Assembly: GCA_030586555.1 (NCBI GenBank)
Contig: JAURAC010000001.1
Coordinates: 113,130-177,129 of the forward strand
DNA: 64,000 bases
From: Candidatus Subterrananammoxibius californiae
GTDB lineage: Bacteria > Planctomycetota > Brocadiia > Brocadiales > Subterrananammoxibiaceae
Direction: 5' to 3'
Every line of letters begins with the position of its first letter. The stretch's first letter is position 1. Shown here in pieces: positions 1 to 10,385 of this stretch. Below the pieces are notes generated by a model. It was not told the DNA's origin and made no database searches. It worked only from the letters and a program-made list of their open reading frames with translations. Made by a program: the position numbers and the translations under genes.

Positions 1-2
1 AG

Positions 3-1256
3 GATGGAATAGATGAGGTCATTGTAGCAATCCCCAGCGCCACGGGAAAAGAGATGCAAAGAATTATGAAATATTGCAGGGTGGTGAAAGTACCCGTTAA
101 GGTTACTCCTGCATTGAGGGAGATAGAGACAGGAGAAGGGCATATAAGTCAATTAAGGGATGTTCAACTTGAAGACCTTATTGGTCGTGAGCCCGTTTAT
201 ACTGATCTTGGGTACATAAAGGGTGAGATTGCAGGAAAGGTAATTATGGTTACGGGGGCAGGTGGGTCCATTGGCACTGAAATATGCAGGCAGGTTGCAA
301 GTTTTCATCCCCGCAAGCTTATCCTATTTGAACGCGCAGAAAATAATCTCTTTTATCTTTTACGCGCATTACAAGAGGAATTTCCAGCGCAAGAATTTAT
401 TCCTGTCATTGGCGATATAATTAATACTGGCCAGGTTAAAAGTATTTTGAATAACCTGCATCCGTATTTAATCTTGCATACTGCAGCCCATAAGCACGTT
501 CCTTTAATGGAGCTTAACCCTTTTGAGACGATAAGAAATAACGTAGTGGGGACTAAGAACCTTGCCTGGGCTTGCAGCCAGAATGGGGTCGAGAAGTTTA
601 TTCTTCTTTCAACCGATAAAGCAGCTAATCCAGCATGCTTTATGGGTGTCTCCAAGCGGATTGCGGAATTATACATTCAGGGACTTGCAAAACGTTGTAA
701 CGTGAAGTTTATGAGCGTGAGGTTTGGAAATGTGTTGGAAAGTACAGGAAGTGTAGTACGTATATTTAAAGAGCAGATAGCTAAGAGAAGCCCATTAACG
801 GTAACCCATCCTGATGTGATGCGTTATTTTATGTCTAAATCTGAGGCGGTTCATTTAGTTCTTCAAGCGGCAGCCATTGGAGCTGGAGGTGAAATCTTTG
901 TGCTCGATATGGGAAAACCTGTGAAGATTCTCGATGTAGCCAAGGAGATTATCCATCTGGCAGGTCTTGAGCCACATAAGGACATCGGAATAACTTTTAC
1001 GGGCCTAAGGATGGGAGAGAAGATTGTTGAAACCCTTTTTAACGATGGAGAGACGATTTGTCCCACCAGCCATTCAAAAATCAGAGTTGTCGTAAACGGA
1101 TGTCTGCCCGATTGGGACAAGCTTAATGACGATATACAAGAATTAGAAGAAATGATTGAGTATTGGGATGCCAGCTATCTTAAAGAAAAACTCTTTGAGA
1201 TTGTCCCTACATATAAACCAGGTTTTGTGTCTGAAGAAGTTTTATCTCTGCAATAA
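3..1256 (+). CDS. Nucleotide-sugar 4,6-dehydratase, CapD/PglF/FlaA1 family (5'-truncated by the window)
   Basis: GAGGSIG NAD-binding motif, HTAAHKHVP, STDKAANP, VRFGNV, TVTHPDVMRYFM; frame is open from position 3 (DGIDEVIVAIPSA) upstream of the ATG at 54. Confidence 0.9.
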   Translation, partial: DGIDEVIVAIPSATGKEMQRIMKYCRVVKVPVKVTPALREIETGEGHISQLRDVQLEDLIGREPVYTDLGYIKGEIAGKVIMVTGAGGSIGTEICRQVASFHPRKLILFERAENNLFYLLRALQEEFPAQEFIPVIGDIINTGQVKSILNNLHPYLILHTAAHKHVPLMELNPFETIRNNVVGTKNLAWACSQNGVEKFILLSTDKAANPACFMGVSKRIAELYIQGLAKRCNVKFMSVRFGNVLESTGSVVRIFKEQIAKRSPLTVTHPDVMRYFMSKSEAVHLVLQAAAIGAGGEIFVLDMGKPVKILDVAKEIIHLAGLEPHKDIGITFTGLRMGEKIVETLFNDGETICPTSHSKIRVVVNGCLPDWDKLNDDIQELEEMIEYWDASYLKEKLFEIVPTYKPGFVSEEVLSLQ

Positions 1257-1279
1257 TTTGGTAATAGGAACTGTGTAAT

Positions 1280-2374
1280 ATGCCCATAAAAAGAGGAGCG
1301 ATGTTTTGCGCTTTGTACGTTTTCATAATCGTTACGTTTTTAACACACTCAAGCTGTTCACAGTTCCGTTCGCACGATGTTCAACCCACCCCGGTAGCAC
1401 AGCCACCTCAGGGTAAGGGCTTTCCCTTAGAAGACCATTTAGAAGCGGTGTTTAAGGGGCGAAAACCGGAATATCAAAAGGAGGCGAAGCCATTTGAGAG
1501 AGATTACCTTCTGGGTCCAGAAGACGTCCTTGAGATAAAGGTTCTATTATCACCAGAACTTGATAGGAGTATTCGAATTGGTCTTGATGGTTATATCAGC
1601 TATCCATTAATTGGGAAGGTACTTGTGGCAGGTTTAACCCCATACGAGTTGGAACAGAAGATTGCGGAATTGTTGGGCGAAAAGTACCTGAAGGAACCAC
1701 AGGTAAGCATATTTGTTAAAGAATATAAGAGCAGGTGGACTGCGGTTATAGGCGGCGTGGAAGAGCCGGGGGTTTTTCCCCTTACAAAGCCTGTTAATAC
1801 GCTTGTTGAACTGCTTAGCAGGGCTGGTGGACTATCGAAGGGTCAAGAGAGGCTTGCCGGACACAAGCTTTACGTTATTCCTGCAAAGCAAAAAGAATCT
1901 GCCGATATGCCAACCATCTACACGATTAGCGTCCATGAGCTTCTGGAAACCGGGAGCCCAGAGCTTAATATTGAGATTCTTCCGGGTGATATTATTTACG
2001 TGCCTACTACTGAATTCTATTTTGTAAGCGGGGAGGTAAAAAAGCCTGGCGCATATGCCTTAAAGAAGAAGATGACCGTTATGCAGGCATTATCTGAGGC
2101 TGGCAGTTTTTCAGACATCGCATCCATGAAGGATGCAAAGGTAACAAAAAGGTTGCCGGATGGTAGAGAGGTAACTGTAAAGATAAATTTTAAGGACGTA
2201 CTTGATGGCAAAGCTGAAAATATCCCTGTTGATGGTGGGGATGTTCTTTACGTGGGCAAGAGTACCTTAAAGGTCGTGGGGGCATACTCTCAGGAGTATG
2301 CAAAGGCACTTTCAACGGCTTTTACATCCGGGTTTGCCTCTGCCTTTGCCTTTGAGACTGTAAGAGGTAATTAA
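1280..2374 (+). CDS. wza: Polysaccharide export lipoprotein (Wza/Poly_export + SLBB domains)
   Basis: Signal peptide with Cys, YLLGPEDVL, GYISYPLIG, two SLBB-like repeats (GGVEEPG, GEVKKPG). Confidence 0.85.
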   Translation: MPIKRGAMFCALYVFIIVTFLTHSSCSQFRSHDVQPTPVAQPPQGKGFPLEDHLEAVFKGRKPEYQKEAKPFERDYLLGPEDVLEIKVLLSPELDRSIRIGLDGYISYPLIGKVLVAGLTPYELEQKIAELLGEKYLKEPQVSIFVKEYKSRWTAVIGGVEEPGVFPLTKPVNTLVELLSRAGGLSKGQERLAGHKLYVIPAKQKESADMPTIYTISVHELLETGSPELNIEILPGDIIYVPTTEFYFVSGEVKKPGAYALKKKMTVMQALSEAGSFSDIASMKDAKVTKRLPDGREVTVKINFKDVLDGKAENIPVDGGDVLYVGKSTLKVVGAYSQEYAKALSTAFTSGFASAFAFETVRGN

Positions 2375-2469
2375 GGAAATCCGAAAGACTTATGAAATTG
2401 AGGACTTGCGAAGGCAGGAATAATTAAAAATTGCATATCCATTTGAATAATTATGTTTGAGGGCGGACA

Positions 2470-4764
2470 ATGTGGAAGGAAATAAGTAACTTAGAAAATT
2501 CTAACAAGAGTTTAGTTAATAATATCATAAGACCTCCATTCCATGATGAAAGGGAAAGTGAGGAAAATGTTAATCTTATGGATTATTGGCGGATAATCCT
2601 TCGCCAGCGGTGGACAATAATCAGCGTCCTTGTAGTGTTTACAGTAATAGTTACCATTGGAACATTCAAGATGAAGCCTGTTTATCAGGCTACTACCACA
2701 TTACGGATTTCCAGGGAGGCCCCAAAGGTGCTGTCGTTTGAGGATGTGGTTAAGACGAGCGGACTTAATTACAGCGGAGACGACTTCTACAGAACACAAT
2801 ATGAAATAATTAAAAGCAGAACATTAGCAGACAAAGTTATAAAGAGGCTAAATCTTGACCAGCATCCCGAATTTGCCCCTACTGATGAGGACTCACCTAT
2901 TGATGGAATAAAGACTGCATTGGTTATGTGGCTTTCTAACGCCGTGGGTAGTGAAAAAACTTTGACGGGGGGGATATGGGATAAGGATTTTGAGAAGTCG
3001 GCATTGATAGATGCTTTTTTACGCCGAATCGAGATACAGCCGATAAGGAATAGCGAGCTGGTTAAGGTAAATGCAAACACATATTATCCCGACCTTTCCG
3101 CATTAATCACAAACACCCTTGCCGAAGAATACATCCAGCAGAATTTGCAAAACAAAACTGTTACTACAATAGATGCAAGCGGGCAGCTATCAGAGCAATT
3201 GGTGGAATTAAAGGGAAGATTAGAAGAATCAGAGATGGCTTTGTATAGGTACTGTGAGGGAAATGATATTGTAGCCCTGGATGAGAAACAAAGTATTTTG
3301 CAGGAGAACCTGAAAAGGATTTCGACACTTTTGACCGAAGCGGAAGCTAAACACATAGATGTGGAAACCATGTGCGCAGTGCTTAAGAATGCTGATGTCG
3401 AATCTATTCCGGCTGTAATAAAGAGTACGCTTATAGACGATTTAGAGATTGAATATGTCAAGGCTAATGCAGAATATCTCTTTGAACTCGGTCGTCTAAA
3501 ACCAGACCATCCTGCTGCCCTTCGTATTAAAACCCAGATGGAAACAATTAAACAGATGATGGATGCCAGGGTTCAAAGGTTTAAGGATGGAATGGAACTT
3601 GAGTATAAGCAGGCATTGGCGAAGGAAGAAGAACTTCGTGGTAAGCTTGAAGATTTGAAAAAGGAAGTGCTTGTGATTGCTAAAAAGACGATTCCTTACA
3701 AAAGCCTGGAAAGAGAGGTTAAGGCAAATACAGAACTGTATAATGGGCTTCTTCAAAGGATGAAGGAGGCTGGGGTGTCCTCAGGGATCAAGACAACCAA
3801 TGTGCAGGTGGTTGACGGGGCTGAGATACCAAAGGTTCCTTATAAACCCAAGAAGAAGCTCAATATTTTATTGGCTATGCTTGTGGGATTAACCTTTGGT
3901 ACAGGATTAGCATTCTTCCTCGATTACCTTGACAACACGGTTAAAGGTCCTGATGACGTGGAAAATCGCATCAAATTGCCCCTATTAGGTTTTGTTCCGA
4001 CAATTGAGGACCTGAAGAATAGCGAAGGCGAGAATGGCACGGATGACACATTCAGGAAGGATTTAATAGCACATTACGAGTTGCGCTCAAGCGCTTCGGA
4101 GGCATACAGAACGATTCGTACTGGCGTACTGTTTTCCTCACCGGATAGAAAGGTTCATTCCATTCTTGTTACAAGCGCATATCCTACCGAGGGTAAGACT
4201 GTCACGGCTGTAAATCTCGCCACAGTGCTTGCGCAGGGTAATGATTCGGTGCTACTTATTGATGCTGATTTGAGACGTCCAAGGATTCATAAGACCTTTA
4301 AGATTGATAACTCAAAGGGGCTTACAAACTTGCTCATTGGAGAAGCCTCAATGGATGAGGTAATCCAGGAATCACCTGTAGAAAACCTCTATGTACTTCC
4401 CTCTGGACCTATTCCACCAAATCCTTCCGAGCTTCTCGGTTCGAAAAGTATGGATGAATTGATTGAAAAGCTAAAAGGAAAATATGCAAGGATTGTTATT
4501 GACTCTTCACCTATGGTTGCCGTTACGGATGCAAGGATAATTGCAACCAAGGTGGATGGCTGTATCTGTGTAATACGTGCTGCAAAGAGCGATATAAGGG
4601 GAACAAAGAGGGCTAAAGAACAATTGGAAGATATTGGCGGGCGGTTTATAGGCGCTATCTTAAATAATGTCTCAATGGATAGAAGGTCTTCTTACGGTTA
4701 CTACTACTATCGTTACGGATATTATCACCATTATTATGGTGAAGACGAAAAAAAGGATACGTAG
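2470..4764 (+). CDS. wzc: Polysaccharide co-polymerase / BY tyrosine kinase
   Basis: Two TM segments flanking a coiled coil, Walker A (PTEGKT), LIDADLRRP, C-terminal Tyr cluster YGYYYYRYGYYHHYY. Confidence 0.92.
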   Translation: MWKEISNLENSNKSLVNNIIRPPFHDERESEENVNLMDYWRIILRQRWTIISVLVVFTVIVTIGTFKMKPVYQATTTLRISREAPKVLSFEDVVKTSGLNYSGDDFYRTQYEIIKSRTLADKVIKRLNLDQHPEFAPTDEDSPIDGIKTALVMWLSNAVGSEKTLTGGIWDKDFEKSALIDAFLRRIEIQPIRNSELVKVNANTYYPDLSALITNTLAEEYIQQNLQNKTVTTIDASGQLSEQLVELKGRLEESEMALYRYCEGNDIVALDEKQSILQENLKRISTLLTEAEAKHIDVETMCAVLKNADVESIPAVIKSTLIDDLEIEYVKANAEYLFELGRLKPDHPAALRIKTQMETIKQMMDARVQRFKDGMELEYKQALAKEEELRGKLEDLKKEVLVIAKKTIPYKSLEREVKANTELYNGLLQRMKEAGVSSGIKTTNVQVVDGAEIPKVPYKPKKKLNILLAMLVGLTFGTGLAFFLDYLDNTVKGPDDVENRIKLPLLGFVPTIEDLKNSEGENGTDDTFRKDLIAHYELRSSASEAYRTIRTGVLFSSPDRKVHSILVTSAYPTEGKTVTAVNLATVLAQGNDSVLLIDADLRRPRIHKTFKIDNSKGLTNLLIGEASMDEVIQESPVENLYVLPSGPIPPNPSELLGSKSMDELIEKLKGKYARIVIDSSPMVAVTDARIIATKVDGCICVIRAAKSDIRGTKRAKEQLEDIGGRFIGAILNNVSMDRRSSYGYYYYRYGYYHHYYGEDEKKDT

Positions 4765-4767
4765 AAT

Positions 4768-4795
4768 GTAAGGGCGTATTGCAATACGCCCATAC
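4768..4795. repeat. GTA(G)-type REP-like palindrome
   Basis: gtaagggcgtattgcaatacgcccatac, with a perfect 20-bp palindromic core, between wzc and the next gene. Confidence 0.7.
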
Positions 4796-4800
4796 CAAAT

Positions 4801-7653
4801 GTGATGAAAAAAAGAATTGCACAAATTTGTGACAAGATAATTATTTCGGGTGTGATTGGATTGGTGGTATTCACACCTATTGCCATTGGTTCAGTTCATG
4901 TACGGGCATTCAGCATGATGGAATTGATTGTTATTGGCTTGGTTCTGACGTGGATGATTAAATTGCTATGCTTGAGGGACGAATCTGTGGAGGAATCTCT
5001 AAGCGATAGGCAGGATTTGGTATGCAAAATGCCAAAAAGCCGATTCGGGTTCGTTAAGACGCCTTTAAACGTGCCTTTCTTGATATTCGTAGGCATCCTG
5101 CTTTTTCAGACCGTTCCATTACCCATGTCGGCAATAAGATTCTTGTCCCCTGAAACATACGAAATATATTCCAATTACTTACCAGACAAAGAAGACCACA
5201 ATCTAAAATCCGAAATCCGAAATCCGAAATCCGAAACCGCACCCTTAACCCTGGGGGGAGAAGACAGGGTAGAGAAACGGATGACAATAAGCATAAACCC
5301 TCACTCCACTCGTATAGAACTATTCAAGATACTTTCGTATGTGGCGGTCTTTTTTTTAATCGTGAATAATTTTAAGACCCACAGGGAGATAAATTACCTA
5401 CTTTTTTCAATAATCCTTGTCGGATGCTTTGAAGCTGTTTATGGTTTCTGCGAATATTCAAATGGTAACAGGAATATATTATTTGCACCCCGGAAGTACA
5501 ATATAGACCGTCTGGCAGGCACATACGTGAATCCAAACCATCTTGCGGGCCTTCTTGAGATGATAATTCCCATAGCAGTCTCGTTTAGCATTTGCAGTTT
5601 AACCATTAAGGACCACCCTGAAGAGTCCTCGTTCAGGGCTAAATTATCCCTGCTTTCCAGCAGAAAGAATTTTACAAACATCTTATTACTGATTTCTATT
5701 GCGCTCTTAGTAGGTGCGCTCTTTCTATCACAGTCTCGGATGGGAGTTATGGGTTTCCTTATCTCAATCTGGATATTTGGCATATATATCTTAAAAAAGT
5801 TTTATAAAAGAAATGAACTTGTTTTTGTGGTTGGGGGATTATCAGGGGTCTTATTCTTTGCCTCCTGGGTGGGGCTAAATTCGCTGTACGAAAGATTCTC
5901 AACGATGAATGAGTTGACTATAGAGGGAAGGACGGACATCTGGAAAGATACAGGTGGAATATTAAGAGACTTTCTAATCCTTGGAACCGGCAAAGGCACA
6001 TTTATTGATATATACAAGAAATACAAAACAATCCCTGATGAGTTAACGTACGACCATGCCCATAATGACTACCTCGAACTCCTTTCTGAAATGGGTTTGT
6101 CTGGATTGGCAGTTACAGTTATAGGCGGAGGATTCTTCACCTACAAGATTATCAGTCAACTAACAAAGAGGCGAGACGCCTATGTAAGAAATATCTCGGT
6201 TGGGTTGTTGTGCAGTCTAACGGCAATAATAGTTCACAGCACAACGGATTTCAACATGTTCATTACAGCTAACGCATTACTATTCTCAATAATCCTGGCT
6301 TTGTTAACGCTAACGGCTCATTTAAAAAATACGGAAAAAGGGCGCAATGTCTTGCAGCCTTCGGCCTTCAGCCTTCAGCCTTCAGCCCATGCTTTAAGAA
6401 AACCTTTATATGCCTTTATTATTATTCTTACAATCTTCTTTTCCATTCCTGTGTTAAGGACGTGTATGGCTGATGTGTACTATAGGAAGGCTAAGATGCT
6501 GGCAGAATCTTCTCAAGAAAATATTCCATTGTCAATCCCATACATGCAAAAATGTATCACCCTCGATAAGTCAAATAGTGTCTATCATTTTGAACTCGGA
6601 AGAATGTTTTTACAATTAACAAAGACGCAGAGTAATCCTGATGAGTTTAAACGAAATGCCATACTCGCTGAGGAGCAATTCGAGAATGCTATAACTTCTA
6701 ACCCTTGCTATTCTCTGGCGCACTCAGGACTTGGGGTTGTATATAACTTATACAGAACAATGAACAAGCAGGCAAGCTGGCAAGTCTGCAAGCTGGCAAG
6801 CATTGAAACTGAACGAAGCCATCTAAATAAAGCCGTAGCCCTTAATCCGTCGAGTTATTCCCACAATTATTTGGCTGGATGTGTATATGTAAAGGATTGG
6901 AACACATTGCTACAAGAAGATAGAGAAATGGCTTTAAAATACCTCAGGACTACGATTGAGCTTAATCCGGAATATTTTAATAAAGTCCTCCAGGCGTCCT
7001 GGCAATATATTCAGGATTATAATTGGGTTAAAAGGATAATCCCCCGTACCTCTGATAGCTATATGAAACTGGCTATGTTCCTCGATGAAAAAAGGATATT
7101 CAGGGAGAGAAACATTGCCTGGGAAGCGGCACGGGAAATAAACGGCAAGCCAGTCCTTCCATCTATATTTGAAGACAATAATTTTATAGTTAATGGCGGG
7201 TTTGAATATGAACCGGGCTCTGCATGGGATGATTGGGAAGTAGGAAAGGTTGATGGGGCAGTTGTTAGCACTGGAAATTCCGAATCGGTTGAGGGTAATA
7301 ATTCGCTCAAAGTCCTTTTTGATGGGACAAAGGATGTGGATTTTCATCATGTAACTCAAACAATAAGGGTTAAGGGTGGCGCTAAATATATTCTTACTGG
7401 TTATATAAAGACCCGGGACCTTACTTCAAAAAGTGGGATAAGGATATGTTTATACGGTAGAAACGAGCGGAAAGATACGGAGCCTTTTTTGGGGACACGT
7501 GATTGGGAGAGATTTACCCTCGAATTTGATACGCCAGAAGATTGTAACGTTGTAAACGTGATGGTTTATAGAACGGGTCTCGGCACCGTTAAGAAAGAAC
7601 TTATTTCCGGAACTGTCTGGATAGACAGGTTACAGCTTTCTACGACGATATGA
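4801..7653 (+). CDS. O-antigen ligase / O-oligosaccharyltransferase family protein fused to TPR-like repeats and a C-terminal carbohydrate-binding (CBM4/9-like) domain
   Basis: GTYVNPNHLAG, SQSRMG, R..IW..T, GTGKGTF, HAHNDYLELL; helical TPR-like region; C-terminal IVNGGFE...VWIDRLQL. Confidence 0.8.
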   Translation: MMKKRIAQICDKIIISGVIGLVVFTPIAIGSVHVRAFSMMELIVIGLVLTWMIKLLCLRDESVEESLSDRQDLVCKMPKSRFGFVKTPLNVPFLIFVGILLFQTVPLPMSAIRFLSPETYEIYSNYLPDKEDHNLKSEIRNPKSETAPLTLGGEDRVEKRMTISINPHSTRIELFKILSYVAVFFLIVNNFKTHREINYLLFSIILVGCFEAVYGFCEYSNGNRNILFAPRKYNIDRLAGTYVNPNHLAGLLEMIIPIAVSFSICSLTIKDHPEESSFRAKLSLLSSRKNFTNILLLISIALLVGALFLSQSRMGVMGFLISIWIFGIYILKKFYKRNELVFVVGGLSGVLFFASWVGLNSLYERFSTMNELTIEGRTDIWKDTGGILRDFLILGTGKGTFIDIYKKYKTIPDELTYDHAHNDYLELLSEMGLSGLAVTVIGGGFFTYKIISQLTKRRDAYVRNISVGLLCSLTAIIVHSTTDFNMFITANALLFSIILALLTLTAHLKNTEKGRNVLQPSAFSLQPSAHALRKPLYAFIIILTIFFSIPVLRTCMADVYYRKAKMLAESSQENIPLSIPYMQKCITLDKSNSVYHFELGRMFLQLTKTQSNPDEFKRNAILAEEQFENAITSNPCYSLAHSGLGVVYNLYRTMNKQASWQVCKLASIETERSHLNKAVALNPSSYSHNYLAGCVYVKDWNTLLQEDREMALKYLRTTIELNPEYFNKVLQASWQYIQDYNWVKRIIPRTSDSYMKLAMFLDEKRIFRERNIAWEAAREINGKPVLPSIFEDNNFIVNGGFEYEPGSAWDDWEVGKVDGAVVSTGNSESVEGNNSLKVLFDGTKDVDFHHVTQTIRVKGGAKYILTGYIKTRDLTSKSGIRICLYGRNERKDTEPFLGTRDWERFTLEFDTPEDCNVVNVMVYRTGLGTVKKELISGTVWIDRLQLSTTI
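5206..5233 (+). repeat. Heptamer tandem array (AAATCCG)x4 inside a CDS
   Basis: Four perfect copies; translated as KSEIRNPKSE. Confidence 0.9.
6355..6388 (+). repeat. Heptamer tandem array (CAGCCTT)x~5 inside a CDS
   Basis: cagcctt cggcctt cagcctt cagcctt cagccc; translated as QPSAFSLQPSA. Confidence 0.9.
6764..6803 (+). repeat. Octamer tandem array (GCAAGCTG)x5, degenerate, inside a CDS
   Basis: acaagcag gcaagctg gcaagtct gcaagctg gcaagcat; translated as NKQASWQVCKLASI. Confidence 0.8.
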
Positions 7654-8465
7654 ACTATAAAATGAAAGCCGCCATTTTAGGCGCTGAAGGATTCTTAGGT
7701 TCAGAACTATATAATTGTTTTAATGGTCACTATGATGTTTATGGAATAACCAGAACAAATTACAATGCTAAACGTGGGGAGGAATTTGACATTTTCATCA
7801 ATGCAAACGGTAATAGCAAACGATACTGGGCTAATAACAATATCTTAAAGGATTTTGAAGCTTCTACGCTTTCTGTTTATAAAACTTTCTCTGATTTTAA
7901 GATTAAATTTTATATCTACATTTCTTCCGCTGACGTTTATGCAAAACATGGAGATTTATCGAAAACGAAAGAAGAAACAATTATTAATTCTATGAACTTA
8001 TGCCCGTATGGTTTTCATAAATACCTTTCTGAGTTAATAGTAAAAAAATATGCCAATAAATATCTTATCCTGCGCAGTTCTGCTATGGTAGGGGAAAGCA
8101 TGAAAAAAGGACCGATTAAAGACGTATTGGATGGCAAGCCACTGTTTATTACTTTAGATTCAAAGCTGCAATTTATAAGTACTTCTGAGATTGCCATGAT
8201 AATCACGAAACTTGTAAGCGATAATATTCATAATGAAATATTTAACGTGGGTGGCGTTGGTACGGTCTCATTTAATTATTTAGAAAGGATACTTCGTAAG
8301 AAACTGATAGTTCAGCAGGAAGCCGAAAAACAGATTTACGAAATGGATGTAGCAAAGCTGAGGATGATTTTTCCATTAAGAAAATCAGAAGAATATGTTC
8401 AAGACTGCCTTAACAAACTAAATTCAGAGGATATAAGAAGTGAAAGAATGGACAAATCAATATAA
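7650..8465 (+). CDS. NAD-dependent epimerase/dehydratase (extended SDR)
   Basis: GAEGFLG, YISSADVY, YGFHK (YxxxK). Confidence 0.85.
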   Translation: MNYKMKAAILGAEGFLGSELYNCFNGHYDVYGITRTNYNAKRGEEFDIFINANGNSKRYWANNNILKDFEASTLSVYKTFSDFKIKFYIYISSADVYAKHGDLSKTKEETIINSMNLCPYGFHKYLSELIVKKYANKYLILRSSAMVGESMKKGPIKDVLDGKPLFITLDSKLQFISTSEIAMIITKLVSDNIHNEIFNVGGVGTVSFNYLERILRKKLIVQQEAEKQIYEMDVAKLRMIFPLRKSEEYVQDCLNKLNSEDIRSERMDKSI

Positions 8466-9534
8466 TCCGTTTAACTCTATGAAGGCTCTTATGTGGAGGG
8501 AGCAGCTGGAAGGCATTGCCAGGCAAAAATTCCTGCCCCCGGTAACTGTAGATACCGACCCCACCAATCGGTGCAATTATGAATGTATTTGGTGCAATGC
8601 ATTTGACTACATGGCTGGAAGTAAACACACACTATCAGAGTCACATTTGCTTAAACTGGCTGATTTTTATAAGGAATGGGGTGTACATTCTACCTGTATT
8701 GCAGGTGGTGGCGAGCCGCTTCTGAACCCTGGCTTGAATGCTTTTTTAGAGCGACTTCATCATAATGGCATAGAAGCTGGCGTAATTACAAATGGGTCAA
8801 TGATGACGGATGATAACATTGATGTCATAGCACGGACTTGCCGCTGGTGCGGTTTTTCAGTTGATGCCGGCACGCCAGAAACCTATACAAAAGTAAAGGG
8901 GTTCAAGGAAAAGAAATTCTTCAACAAGGTTATTGAGAATATTAGAAAGCTAACTAAAAAAGTTAGTGATTTGGAAACACATTGCGATGTTGCATTTAAA
9001 TTTTTATTACATACCTTGAATGCAGAAGAGATTTTTGAGGCAGCAAAAATTGCAAAATCAATTAAAGTAAGAGATTTCCATCTGCGCCCCGTAGGTTGGG
9101 ACAACCTCACGGTTACAAGGGACAAGGGCACGATTTCATTTGATAACCTCATGGAAAATATCAATAAACAAATTGGTGCCGCTATGGGTCTGGAAGACGA
9201 GAATTTCCATTTTTACGGTATTCGACACAAATTTAATCCTAACCTTAAGAGGAAAATCAATTTTTCTCGTTGTTGGGCTCCACCGCTTCTTGCCACCTTC
9301 GGGGCGGATGGGAAATGTCACCTTTGTTTTGATATGCGCGGAAGAAAGGACCTCATTCTTTGCAGTCATGACCCGGACCCACGGGAGATATTAAAGGTCT
9401 GGGGGTCTCAATTTCACAAAGATATGATTGCTAAGATAGACCCAAAAACATGCCCCAGATGCACATTCGGTCCTTACAATGAGATAGTGGAACAGGTGTT
9501 CATCAAAGATGGCATGTGCCGTTATTTCCCTTAA
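8440..9534 (+). CDS. Radical SAM enzyme with C-terminal SPASM/twitch-like cysteines
   Basis: CNYECIWC, GGGEP, TNG; C-terminal CW...CHLC...CPRC. Confidence 0.9.
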   Translation: MKEWTNQYNPFNSMKALMWREQLEGIARQKFLPPVTVDTDPTNRCNYECIWCNAFDYMAGSKHTLSESHLLKLADFYKEWGVHSTCIAGGGEPLLNPGLNAFLERLHHNGIEAGVITNGSMMTDDNIDVIARTCRWCGFSVDAGTPETYTKVKGFKEKKFFNKVIENIRKLTKKVSDLETHCDVAFKFLLHTLNAEEIFEAAKIAKSIKVRDFHLRPVGWDNLTVTRDKGTISFDNLMENINKQIGAAMGLEDENFHFYGIRHKFNPNLKRKINFSRCWAPPLLATFGADGKCHLCFDMRGRKDLILCSHDPDPREILKVWGSQFHKDMIAKIDPKTCPRCTFGPYNEIVEQVFIKDGMCRYFP

Positions 9535-9552
9535 TCTGAACAATAGGGTGCT

Positions 9553-10374
9553 ATGAATATAGCAGTTAAACTTGGCAGTATTAAAGAACTTGAACTTCTT
9601 TTACATTACCATGGGCATATTAAAATCTTTGAGTTACCAGCAAAGCTCATAAAAGAGAAATCATTAATTGGCAAGCTTATGAGTTATGGCTATATTTTCA
9701 ATGTGCATGGCATTACGATGTATTCAGCTGACATGGCAAATCTCCTAATTGACAAAACTCAACATTACCTTCAATTATGTAATGAACTCGGCTGTTATAA
9801 TTTCATACTTCACGGCTTAGTTATAAAAGATTCGATATACTCCTCTAATAACAGTGCATTAATTGATATGACATTGAGGACGCTTGATACAATTAAAGAT
9901 TATGCAGTGAAATTTGGCATCAGCTGTTTTTTAGAAAACGGATGTTATTCAAAATCTCTTTCTGCTCAGGTTTACGAAATTCCTTCGGACCCTTATTGCC
10001 ATCTTAAACTTGCGCAAACCCTTCAAATGGGTATAGTACTTGACCTTGGGCACGCTGCTCTTTCGGCTCGGTGGTATGGACAAAAATTGGATGATTTTCT
10101 TTTGCCATATATACAAGCTTCCCATTTACCTGATATTATCCATTTATCGGACAATTTTCTTGAAAATGATGAGCACCTTGCAATTGGCGAAGGTAGGGCT
10201 GACCTCGAAAGCTTCCGCCAAGCTATTGCACTTTGGCCTGAATCCTTGTTGACTGTTGAAAATTTTCCGGATGAGATTCATAAAAGTCTGAGCTGGTTGG
10301 TAGAATGTTTAAACAATGGATATACAAAATCAGATATTGATGAGCTTTGCAGATGTACGGGATGGAAGTTCTGA
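9553..10374 (+). CDS. Sugar phosphate isomerase/epimerase (AP endonuclease 2 TIM barrel)
   Basis: LEN, LDLGHA, IHLSDN, EHLAIGEG, TVE metal-ligand pattern. Confidence 0.75.
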   Translation: MNIAVKLGSIKELELLLHYHGHIKIFELPAKLIKEKSLIGKLMSYGYIFNVHGITMYSADMANLLIDKTQHYLQLCNELGCYNFILHGLVIKDSIYSSNNSALIDMTLRTLDTIKDYAVKFGISCFLENGCYSKSLSAQVYEIPSDPYCHLKLAQTLQMGIVLDLGHAALSARWYGQKLDDFLLPYIQASHLPDIIHLSDNFLENDEHLAIGEGRADLESFRQAIALWPESLLTVENFPDEIHKSLSWLVECLNNGYTKSDIDELCRCTGWKF

Positions 10375-10385
10375 AAGAAGCCAAA

